Source: Nageia nagi (Eukaryota; Plantae; Pinophyta). Taken from it: a DNA stretch of 64,000 bases. Where the stretch lies: NCBI GenBank assembly GCA_050084985.1, contig JBITNC010000001.1, positions 146,382,001 to 146,446,000 of the forward strand, in the 5' to 3' direction. Shown here piece after piece: positions 39,626 to 50,829 of this stretch (the first letter of the stretch is position 1; each line of letters opens with the position of its first letter). The notes below the pieces were generated by a model that had not been told where the DNA came from, made no database searches, and was given only the letters and a program-made list of their open reading frames with translations. Made by a program: the position numbers and the translations under genes.

Positions 39626-39854
39626 GATGTTAACATCCTAGTGTATGACCTTAACCACTATCTCAGGTTTTTGGTGTAATGGTTCATTACATTTGGTATA
39701 AGTGCATACACCATGGGTTCGCATCATGGAGTAGGAGGTGAGAGTCCAAAGTCATGTTAGTTTTTAGGTTGTAGAGTGTGGTAGGATGTTAATATTTTTA
39801 TGTGTGATGTTAACCACTACCTCATGATTTTGGTGTAGCGCTTCATTATAGTTG
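39626..39854 (+). repeat. ~159-bp tandem repeat (1.4 copies) containing tRNA-like A/B boxes
   Basis: 39626-39694 is repeated at 39785-39854. A box TGGTGTAATGG (39672) and B-box-like GGTTCGCATC (39716). Confidence 0.6.
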
Positions 39855-39989
39855 AAAGGTCTATCCTTGAATGATTGCTCCAATTTAATGGTAGTGAAAT
39901 CAACTTAGATAATTTTTTAAAATTTAGGGTATTTCCTATGCCTTTCAAGGTTTCCCTACTTCTATATTTGATAGTATATAGTTCAGAAA

Positions 39990-41480
39990 GTGGAATATAA
40001 ATTGAATTATTAGTCATTCAAAAAACATTCCCTAGCTAATAAATTTTAACTATGCTCTAAATTTTTATTTATTATGCATGTGTATTGCTCATTTTGCTTA
40101 GTTCCCTCCAAATCCTCCTATAAGAAGCTTGAGAATCTTATAAGAGATTCTTTAAGGATCAATAATGCTCTTAAAAAAGGATTCAAAGAGTTCCTTAGAA
40201 GGTTTGTTTCCTTCCAAAATCCTATGGAGGTATGATATTTTTTTATTGTAAAAGGTAAGGCTTTGCTTTCTGTGAAAAAATATATCTTTTGTACATTAAC
40301 ATGTCATGAAGATTAGAAAGTTTTCATCAAACATTGCCTCTCTCATTGTTTTCCTTAGGGTGAGAGATTATGAAAAGTTCTTAGCTTGCAATCTATCCTT
40401 ACTACTCCTATTTTAATTAATATTTTTAGCTCTTTTACTATTAATAACATTTAGAAAATATGTGAGGCTTTGAAATGATGGTTTTCTTAAAAAGGAAAAG
40501 ATACTCAAGTAGGAGCTTCCATTTCTTCTATTAATATTTGGTGGTCCACTACAATAATCTACAATGGCTTATCTCTTTCTTAGGTTAAGTGGATAAAAGA
40601 CATTAAAATAATCAATTACTTATATTCTTAACTTCTATTTCATGCATACTAGGGATCAAATCCCATAGGAACTCTTTAGAAAAAATTGTAGTATTAAAGG
40701 AGAAGATAAATATACTTCTAATGTGGTTATTGAGAAAACTCTTTTTTCTATTTGGAATAAAATATATAAGCAATTTTAGAGACCATGGTGGGTGGAATAA
40801 ATTTTGCCTAAAGATGTTCCCTTTTTACAGTACAAAGGTCATGTGGGATATAATTTACTTGCTTTTCATATTCTCATATCTTGTACTATCAATGAGAGGT
40901 AGGATTTAGTTTTTCTCCTTCCATGTGGAGTAGTCAATTTAAAATGGTTTGGGAATCCTATATTGAACCAAAGAAATCTTTTTTTCTTCATGTTTAAATA
41001 ATTGAGTATTACATTTTAGGTAAAACCTCAAACACAAGGGAGATATTAAAAATCTTACCTATTATTTTAGTGGCTAAGTTGATGATTCAATGATTTTTTT
41101 TTGTAATTGTAAGCATTTCCCACTTCCTTAAGAATAAATTCTTTCTTTCTTTTGACATTTTATGTTGAGCACTTTCACTTGCTCACATGCTACTATGGGA
41201 AACCCCATTGATTTTTTTTGAAAGTTTGATTTTTGTATGGAGTAATTTTAGAATCAAAACCCTTTTTCATCTTCAAAAATATATGCAACAAATCAATTTT
41301 CTCTCATCAAGAATCTTGAGTTCATTTTCTTTTGTTGATAAATATAGTATTTTTAGAATTGTTGCTTGTAGATCTTTGTACAAGTGGAGAAAGTTAATAT
41401 AGAGATACAACACTTACAGTGTTTGATGGACCATTAGGGGAATGCTTCATGCAATATAGGTTGAATTCCTACCAGTTCTT
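39990..41480 (+). mobile_element. L1/Tx1-like LINE relic (post-RT part of ORF2)
   Basis: MHVYCSFCLVPSKSSYKKLENLIRDSL...VCFLPKSYGGM (40074-40235). Nucleotide similarity to the reverse complement of 51715-51792. Confidence 0.78.
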
Positions 41481-42200
41481 CATCCACATACCACTCTAGC
41501 TCACACTTTGAGTAACGTTGAGGCTCTAAACCTCATCCTCTATATTCTTTTAGAAATAGAAAATAGTCATAGCCCCCTCCCTAATGTAAATGCCTAGAAA
41601 TCGATGGAAGGAGCTCCTTATGTCACATGAGTGGTTAAGATGTGCATTCGACAAAATTTAAATATGTTATCGAGTGGGGAAGGCTACTATAACCACCACT
41701 ATCCCTTGGGAAGCTAACGATACAAATATCCATAATGATCTTGGATGGAATGCCACTTAGTTTCCATTAATAGTGGATGGTACTTTGTTTGTGGGGAGGA
41801 TAATTTCCAGCTGAGTCACCCATGTTTCACCAACCTTTGGTATTATGATGGATATTTTATTAGATTACCTACTTTGAGCATGTATTTTAATGTTATTGAT
41901 ATCATGTTTGTTTAATATTGTTTTTCGAATTTCTTAAAATTATTTATTAATGTGATCTTGAGTTATACTAATCTCACCAAACTCTTTTTGTATTAAAGAG
42001 TTTTTTTTTATTTTTTAATTAAAAAATATCTATTTTTATGTCAGAATTACAAACTTAATGCTTTCAAATGAATACTGCTATATATTTTTAAATAATTAAA
42101 CAGCTGATCTAATTAATTTGCCAGGTTAATATTTCGTTTCTAACTCGTTTGACACTTTAAGAACCTGTTAGAATGTAACAGTCAATATCTCTTAATTTGG

Positions 42201-42441
42201 GATTTTATTATTCGCTGCGTAATCACGAAGAAAATTGCGAGACATAGATTTATTCGGTGAACATATTCAACGCAATCACAATAGTTTCCTTGAGATGAAG
42301 AATCTATGCCATAACACTTCTTATCAATTACTTATGATTTCATTATTCGTTGCGTAATCAGCAAGTAGACTGTAGAATACTAACTTGAACATTTTCAATA
42401 ATCAATGTGAATTTATTCGTTGACGATATTTTTTGCGATTC
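42201..42441. promoter_or_regulatory. Cluster of NAC-dimer (SNBE-like) sites and repeated TTATTCG(C/G/T)TG motifs
   Basis: TGCGT-N7-AAG at 42215-42233 and 42350-42368 (one mismatch each to the SNBE consensus); TTTCCT-N7-AAGAAT at 42285-42303 (full match); TTATTCGNTG four times. Confidence 0.5.
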
Positions 42442-42572
42442 CAACTCCGATCACGACATCAAATGTTTAATATAATCTACATGAAAATCCTCCGAATTCT
42501 TCATCCCGTATGACTAGGGGTCACTGAGATGCTAAGCTTCAAATTAGTCTCCAAGGCCCTCCAGAGGAATCC

Positions 42573-42899
42573 ATGGCCTCTTTATCTTTTTTTTCTTGGT
42601 GTTTTCGTATACATATGAGAGCAGAAGCGACGATGCTGATGGCGAACAATCTTGGTCTCAGGGGGACTACTTTTATCGATTGTCGGACAGAGGATATGAT
42701 CTTCCCATTTCAAGCTGTCAAAAGAAAGGAGAAGTAACCATTTACTGTTTGTCCTTTACTCATTCAATTAACGATTTGTTTGCCTACAAAACCGAGATGC
42801 TTAAAACGGGTTCAGAATGGAAAACCATTATGATTTTACACAGTCCATGGATTCTTTTGCAGATTTCGACATACACTATGGATTTGGGCGTGCAAATAG
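42573..42899 (+). CDS. Possible small peptide (54 aa unspliced, 42573-42737; 65 aa if 42734-42862 is spliced out); no recognised family
   Basis: MASLSFFSWCFRIHMRAEATMLMANNLGLRGTTFIDCRTEDMIFPFQAVKRKEK(FRHTLWIWACK). Good start context and splice signals only. Confidence 0.2.
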
Positions 42900-44865
42900 T
42901 TATGTCACCCAAAAATTCTACACGTTCGGAAGGTGCAACCTGCATAAGGAAAGCTCAAATCTGAGGGCTTTTAATTATAAGCCTTCGCCTCTGCTTTCTC
43001 AGGTGGCATCCACCTCTACCTCTACCTTAGGTCCAACTCTCTACATTCATATGAAGAGAGACTTGCATCGCATAACGTGAGATCTTTAGTGCTCTTAAAT
43101 CTGTTAAAGGGATGGAATTTTTAGATTGCAAGAGCTAAGGATCTGCATTCAATCCTAAGTAGATTGTTAGAGCTCTTGAAAGGTAGAAGATGAAAATTCC
43201 GTATTTGGTAGTTTATTTCTATATATTTCTCGTCAAGGAAAATGAAATGGCTGAGTGTGTACTTTTCTTGTTTTTTTTGGCCCATTTTGCCTGTCAAGAC
43301 TTTTTGATTTTTTAAAAATAATAGTATTTTCTAGGCTTAGGCATCTATCGAACCTTGATTGAAATGGAAAGGGAACTGATATTAAAACCATTAAATATGT
43401 TTACTATTAGTATTCTAAAGATTATTCGTTGGGATAAATTCAAGACTATCTTTAGCTCTAAGTAATTATATTAGAAATATGAAAACTATTAAATAAAAAT
43501 TAGTTTTTTATATAATTTAAAATATTTTATTTTTTCTCAAAAGATTACGGAAGAATAGACAATAAGGCTATTATACATTTATGTTTTGCTAAAAAAACTA
43601 GGATAGATACTCTTTAGTTAATCATATGATTACCCTACTACAATTTATATTTCATCTTCAATTTCCACTACGAATTAAGCATGCTTTGTACTTTCCCTAT
43701 ACCACTATTGATCTCCCATAAACGTTAATATTTTTTCTCTTTTTTTTCTTCACTTTCTTCTTATATACTAATGATGAATAAGAAATTAATTAATTTTCAC
43801 TCTAAATCTATTTAGTCTATAAGATTTCTGACTATTTGGTAACTTATCTGGAGCATTATATAGTGTTTTTTCTTAGGGATTACCTATAACTATTGCATAT
43901 TCCTTGGTATATTAAATACTCTATGTCTTTCCTATCAGACTCAAGATATTAAACAAACTTTTTGGAGGTGTGGTAGATGCCAAGATATTTAGTGGTATAT
44001 ATTGTCCATCTTTGAATGATTTCTTCATAGTTGGTTCATACAAACATCTAAATTTATTTTTTAAATGTCTAAAAGTTATATTTTTGTATGTGAAAAAAAT
44101 AAATAATTTATAATTTTTAAGAATATAATTTAATTATTATATACATATAATATTAATAGAGCTCAAATTGCTAAAAATGATACATATCTATAAAAGGAGT
44201 AACACTTGGCATACCTATGATGATTACGATTTTCATATGCCACACTACATAATACATTTCATTAATAACTATAACTTTGATTTTTGATTGAGTTGCTAGA
44301 ATATAGATGATAGTACTTGTAATCCTTATGTTATATACTAGTGTATGATAAGAATTAAATTAATGGAATTCAAACTTTACAAGAAGGTGGAATAAGTCTC
44401 TCCAAATTAAAATTTAGCTTCATTCCTTCAAACTAGTTAAGAATGATATATAATGTATCATATTTGGATTAATATTTGATATGGTGAACATAATATTTAA
44501 TGTTAATTTGTTGAGATCTAATTATGATAATTTAATCCATTTATATGATTATTTTAATAAATTTAAGTAGGTATTATTACTTGGATAAGATCAAATTTTA
44601 TTATCGAGAAATTAGTGAACTTAATTATTTTTTATAAAAATATTAGTTGTTTTTTAAGAATTAATTTTTTAATAGAGTTATTCTTTAAGAATCCTCTATT
44701 TTTCTTGACATTTTATTGTATTAAATTTTAACAAAAATTAGAAGATTTTATTATTTGGAAATTATTAGAAAAGTAAGGAATTTTTTTAATATTTATTTTA
44801 TAAAAATCTATATGTTGAAAGTCATTTTATTGACATTATAAAATTTAATCTAATTTTATTGTACA

Positions 44866-44940
44866 CCTGTGGGTTGAATTGGTTACATGTGGACCTTATT
44901 GTGTCTTGAGTCCGTGTTCAATTTCCACTAGCCATGACAT
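44866..44940 (+). other. Decayed tRNA-derived SINE head
   Basis: A-box-like TGGGTTGAATTGG and B-box-like GTGTTCAATTTCC at tRNA spacing. Confidence 0.35.
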
Positions 44941-47900
44941 ACATTGTAGTCCCATACAATTGTACCATAGAATGCTCTTGGTCTCTCATGGATATTAATA
45001 AAGTTTGTTTCTTTCTTTATTGCATATAATATTATTTTATGTCAAATAGATTTGTAAATATTTCTATTTAGTTTTCGTTATGATAATTTATGTTTTCTGG
45101 TTTACAAATGAAACTTTATTTCATGTCAATGTGTATTCTTATGTAATTTTTATAGTATATTATAGATGAATCCAAGTGGTTGGTATACTAAAATATCAAA
45201 AATTCAAATAATCAGTAATATCTTTAAGTTAAAATATATTTCAAGTTAGTACGATGATTTGGTGATATTGAAAAAAATAATAATTAAAAAATGATAGATA
45301 TTAAAAAGATATATTAGAGGTGAAAAAAGAACAAAATTCAATTTTGTTTATATCAAAAGTAATATTCATAAGTGCAATAAAAAATTTATAAAAAACCTCT
45401 AGGTCAAATTTATTGATGATTAGGGGATAATCATATGTTAATGGTTGTTATCTTTGAAGAAGTGTCTAATAGTGATGCTATGAATGGATAGATATTCATA
45501 AAATGAACCATATTTAAAATATATATCATCTCAAAACTCCCATTGGGTCAAAAGTTATTGCCATTCTAAATTTTATGTTCACAAATTAAAAATTATATTT
45601 ATGTTAGGCATAAATATGTTATTTTTTCTCATTATATGATGAAGATATTTATTTTTAAGTAAAACTTATGATTTGTGCTTTAGGATTAAAAAATAATCAA
45701 GGTTATTGTAAGTTGATAATTTTTTAAAAATTACCAATTTATAAGAATTCATAAGTTAAGAGAAACATAAGAGGGTAAAAGCATTGTTAAAATAATTCAT
45801 AAGTTGCAACCTTTTAAAAAATATATTAAAAGTATTTGAATGTATTTTGATGATATTTTTTTTATTATTTCAAAGAATTTGAAGTTGTCTTTTGATTTGA
45901 ACATGGGACACTATATGAAATAGGATCACAACATGACCAACTCAACCAACCAACTATAGCCTATAACTACATATAGGAAATTCATTGGAATACTACTTAT
46001 ATTGAAGAATGGTGTGAATTCAACTAAAAGAGACCAACAAAATAGACTCTAATTAGATAACACATATGCAAAATAATGGAAGAAACCTAGAAATCAATAT
46101 TCTTCTCATTCTTAATTTCAAACTATTTTTTCAAAAGAATAAAATCCTTTATATAGCAAAAAAAATTTAAAGAAACCTAAAAAAGCATCTTTTTTAAAAA
46201 CTACTAAAAATAGTAATTTCAAAAAATTTCAGATTATACCTAAATTTGATGCATGTATACCCATTTCAATAGTGAACCTCACTTTAAAATATTAAGTTGC
46301 AACTTATTATCAAATAAAAAATAATTATTATTATATTCTTGATATTTATATTACTATAACAAATGTTTTCTTTCTAGTTCAAATATTTCTCCTAGAATAT
46401 TCCTTTGTGAAGCTCCTCATATCTTCCATGATGCCCAACTTCAAATTAAAGATATGGGGTACATATTTATTTAATAGATTAAAGTAGTTTATACATTTTT
46501 TATTCTACTAATGTATTATGTCTCCTAGTACTTAAAATATTTCATCTTTTATTTAAGCTTATGTGTAAGCTACTTGGCCTTGATTATCCCCTATATATTT
46601 ACTAAATTACACTAATGTCTCTCAACTTTTATTGATATCTAAAATATTTTAATGATGCATAGACACATAATCCACAATGGACATATCTATAACTCATTGA
46701 TAATGTTTTTATTAAAGTATCTCTATTACTCATTCAATTATTATAAAAAATAAGTCTCTTATTTGATATACAATGTATGGTTTCCTTTTATAAGATTAAC
46801 AATCATTTTGATAGTTGTACTTGATGCTTACTATAAACTCTAACTCATGTTTTTCTTTTTACAATAGTCACATTCTTTAAAATATTACATAAGTTTGTTT
46901 CCTCAATAAATATTTGTCTTTTCATAAAGTTGAGAGCATTTATTTCTATTATTTTATTTCTAAAAATAAAAACATCTAGCATCATGTGTTATGAAAATCC
47001 TATTCTTTAAATATATATAGATCTTTTCAAATAATTTGTTATACCTTGAAATTCTTAAATCGATTTGTAATCATATAGTCTAGATCTATCTAAATATTAG
47101 CATACATATTATGGTATTACATCACTAAATATTTGATAAATGTTATTATTATTTTATTATGCTCTTCACAGTAATGTTATGTCATTATTTTATTATTTTA
47201 AAAATAACCAATACTTGTAAAAACATTTCTTTTACACTACATATATAGATTAACCATACATTACACAAATGATTGAAAATAAAAAATTCAAACCTTTTAT
47301 TTTTTTATTTAAAGTTTGAACTCTAGTAGATTTGATTATTCTAATGCATTTTTTATATTAAAAAATGAGTCACATTGAGTTACATATATGTATTTAAAAA
47401 TTTGAATTATATATGTATATATAGTAATTTTTGGATGTTTTAAAAATAAAAAAATTTATGATAGATTTTGATACGTATTATCAATCCTTATATATATATC
47501 CTGAAATTTAAAGTTTATGGTCATGTTTTGATATCCTTTTGTAAAATAGTTTTGATGTTTTTTGAATTTTTAAAATTGAAGTTAAAACAAAGAAGTTAAG
47601 ATCATTTAGTTTCTTACAGGTCTCACTTTACAAAATTTGCATGCCTCATGATGTTTCCTACCTTATTTCATCAATAGGATGAATGCTCCAAGATCCTTGA
47701 TGTGACAAAATCATCACCATATAAGTTAATACTATATGTAACCACTAAAGTCCATTCTCTAAAGTCCATATAGTGATGTCATCATCATTATGTCAATAGA
47801 TAACATGTGTAAAATATCCCTATGATGACATCCTAATCAACATACCATCATCATGATCAATGCTCTAAGGTGCTAAAGGTGATATCATGATATCCATATC

Positions 47901-48989
47901 ACAAACTATGATATATCATAACCAAGATATATGATTTGTAATCCTCGAGGTAGTAACTTTATTATTTAATCAACATTAATACATGTCACATCCAAAATAT
48001 ATGCTTTTACATTCTTTAGGTGATATCATTATCATTAACACCTATCATATATTACCTTTAGATTCAAGATCCATGTTTTTGGAGCTAATATCATTAATTT
48101 TATATAGTCACCTACCATATGTTGCTTCTCAAATACCTCATTAGGTTACCATATTACCATCCTCTAAATAAAATAACTTGATTTCATTCTTTCCATAAAT
48201 GGAACATAATTCTCAACCAAAATATTTTCTAAAATTGTTCACAAAATTTGAAGAAATTTAGATCATTTTCTAGAATGATAGGAAGCCAAGTTAATGGATA
48301 CTTTAGATAAGCCTAAAAAGAGATTCCATCTAAATCCATTCCCTATGGGATTTATCATATGTAGTAAATAAAAATTTAGGTGTTTAGAAGTTAGAAAATA
48401 TTTTAATATTTCATATTATGTAATTGAATAAATTCCACATATCTCAAATATGTGGAGTAGTTTTTGCAATTTTTGGGAGTTAGATTTAGGAATTTTCTAT
48501 TCAGTTTGGTAATACAGTTTAAATAAGTGATGTTGATTTATTGTGAGATAGGATGGAGTAGAGTGAACAATAGAGCATGATTTGTATATGGTCTACAAGA
48601 TCCATACCTATTATAGCATGAGGATTTTAATAAAACCATGTTGTAATGTATCTCTTGATTTAGTTCTGGAATAAATCTTCTTTTAGATACATTATCATGT
48701 TATCAAAGTTTTATAAATGTCTCCATTTTTGAAATGTTGATATATGGTGAATGTATTCAATTATATTATGATTGTATAACAATCTATGAGATTGTTCCTA
48801 TTTTAATTTTGATCATATTACATCATTTTGGTATCAAAACAAGAAGGGTACATTGCTAAGTTTAACAACCTATGAATGTTTATAAAAATTGGGAGATCTT
48901 TATTGAGCTAATGAGGTTAAGCCAAATATAAATCTGGTTATTTTTTGGATTTAAAAATCCTATATTTATCGCTAAAATAATACATATAA

Positions 48990-50375
48990 TGCATGTGTAC
49001 CATGAAGAGTTGTAAGCATTACATTTTTTTATGATATGTATGGAGAGGATTGAGTTTCACTTCAAATATTATGGTAGTTAATACCTTGAAAGGTCTCATA
49101 TGCACTAAGGAGAGAAGGTATACGAACTTAGCTATAGTGTAGATGGAAAACATATAAGAACTTTGATGCATCGTCAAACGTTCATAACTTTTGATCCGAC
49201 TGTCAGATCATCTTGAAATTTTGAGGAGAGCTAGATATGGGTTTTCTGATTGACCTAAATCCATCATTTAGTGCCTCAAAATTAGCTTTTAGTGTCAGTT
49301 TTTAGGATTTTTCAATAAGTATACTTTAATATCTTTTGTTGTAAGAGTTTGTTTAAGATAATAAGTGAGAGTTCCTTTAGTCCTTGTTAACTGAGCTTGC
49401 ACACCCAGTTTGGCCATGATCTGAGGACCTTTCTATTTTTAGAAAGTTTCCATTTGTCTATTTTTAGAAAGTTTCTATTTTTAGTAAGTGCTAGTTTTCG
49501 GACGGTTCGTGATTTTCTGGAAGTGCAAGTTTTCTCTTGGCTATATGAGCTATTGTAATGGACCTAAAGAAAGGTAGTGCAGATTCAGAAGAATAAAATA
49601 AAGTGTGTGTTAAAAAAGGTTATTCTTCCATTGGTTTGCTTGTTGTTTAAATCAATTACTTTTGGAGATTTATTTGGATCTTCTAAGGGAATCTGCACCA
49701 AACTTGGCCATGAGTGTCAAACAAAAGTAGACCTAAAATGATGCAACCATGGTCAATTTGAGGTAGAAAAAAGGTTGTTAGATATGTTACAAAATATAGT
49801 TAGAGAGGATACACTTCACAAAGGAGAAATGATCTGGTTGGAAGAGCCTAAAACATCATGTATGTAAAGTGTTAAAGCATGGAGAAAGCACACATAGAGT
49901 TTTAATAAATTAAATGATCACATACTATACACAAAATGAACATGTTGAAGTGGCCCACAAATTATTTGCCAAGAAGCATGATGCAAATGCAATTTAATAG
50001 AATGAAATGATCGCAAGCTTTGATGGTGTAAGAATTATTTCAAAAATTGCCATATAAATTTTGAAAATATAGAAGGCATAAGAATTATTTGATAAAGTTC
50101 ATGTCTACTATTATTTGTTGCATTTGCTAAAATGAAGGATATTATTACTCTCATAATCTATCTTTGAAGATAGAATATTTTTCATTAAATATTATGGTTG
50201 TGAACACCCATTAGAAGCATAATGAAGGTTAAGTGTAAGGTAGGTAGACTTGAGGAGGAGTATTAATGAATGCAATGAATTAAGAATGTATTAAATAATG
50301 GGGAGTGAATCCCATGAATGTTCTATTCCAAAGTTTGCTAAGGGCTTTATGGAAGAGGCACACAAAGTTTCACAT
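48990..50375 (+). pseudogene. Pentatricopeptide repeat (PPR) fragments, mixed P and PLS class
   Basis: CNHGQFEVEKRLLDML (49742), MYVKC*SMEKAH (49858), MITYYTQNEHVEVAHKLFAKKHDANAI**NEMIAS (49915), KA*ELFDKVH (~50072), CKVGRLEE (50233), KGFMEEAHKV (50340). Confidence 0.8.
49164..49700 (+). mobile_element. Solo LTR (537 bp) inserted in the PPR mosaic
   Basis: TGATGCA...TGCACCA termini; TSD AACTT at 49159-49163 and 49701-49705; TATA-like and AATAAA in the 3' half; CpGs retained. Confidence 0.9.
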
Positions 50376-50829
50376 TTTATTTGTCTCATAGAAGAGCCAA
50401 CACCCATTGATCCTCTTGAAAGGGATAGCAACATTGATTTTGATATTCTCATGGTTGATAATGAACTTTCTAATACATGTTTAAATAAGTGATGTTGATG
50501 TAATGTGAGACAGGATGGAGTAGAGTGCACAATAGAGTATGATTTATATTTGATATATGAGATCCATACCTATTATAGCATGGGGATTTTACTAAAAACA
50601 TGTTATAATGTATTTATGCATTTAGTTATGGAATAAAGCTTCTTTTAGATCCATTCTCATGTTATCATAGTTTTCTGAATGTCTCCATTTTTGAAATGTA
50701 GATATATGATGAATGCATTTGATTGTATTGTGATTGTATAACAATTTATGAGATTGTTCATATTTTATGTTTGATCATATTACTTCACAATAGAACCATA
50801 AAATATATATAATAGACTCATTTATATTT

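Larger units (their letters stand above)
42050..43300 (+). other. CpG-retaining non-TE island; candidate transcription unit (lncRNA / MIRNA-like / small-peptide gene)
   Basis: Many CG dinucleotides compared with near absence in the flanks, and no TE motifs. TATA-like TAATATAAT ~42468, Kozak-like ccATGGcc at 42573, candidate intron GTAAC...TTTTGCAG at 42734-42862. Confidence 0.55.
48510..50787 (+). mobile_element. Non-autonomous LTR-like element carrying a mosaic of PPR gene fragments
   Basis: ~315-bp direct repeats 48510-48825 and 50471-50787 ending ATTACATCA/ATTACTTCA. PBS TGGTATCAAAAC at 48829-48840 follows the first copy. Interior has PPR motifs and no gag-pol. Confidence 0.75.

Noticed and set aside
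42560-42580. TCCAGAGGAATCCATGGCCTC looks like miR393
   Set aside because: Only about 15 of 22 positions match, with a gap; too divergent for this conserved family.
42596-43080. ORFs of 122 aa and 87 aa as genes
   Set aside because: The first starts at TTG. Neither resembles a known family; YGFGRAN (subtilase-like) and DYFY (phytosulfokine-like) are too short to mean anything.
42480-43200. TAS3, telomerase RNA, 7SL or hammerhead/retrozyme identity for the island
   Set aside because: No tasiR-ARF, no good miR390 site, no CTAAACCCT template with USE, no SRP motifs and no CUGANGA/GAAA core seen.
46250-46465. Short inverted repeat TGTATACCCCAT / ATGGGGTACATA as a MITE
   Set aside because: Imperfect, short and without a TSD in very AT-rich sequence.
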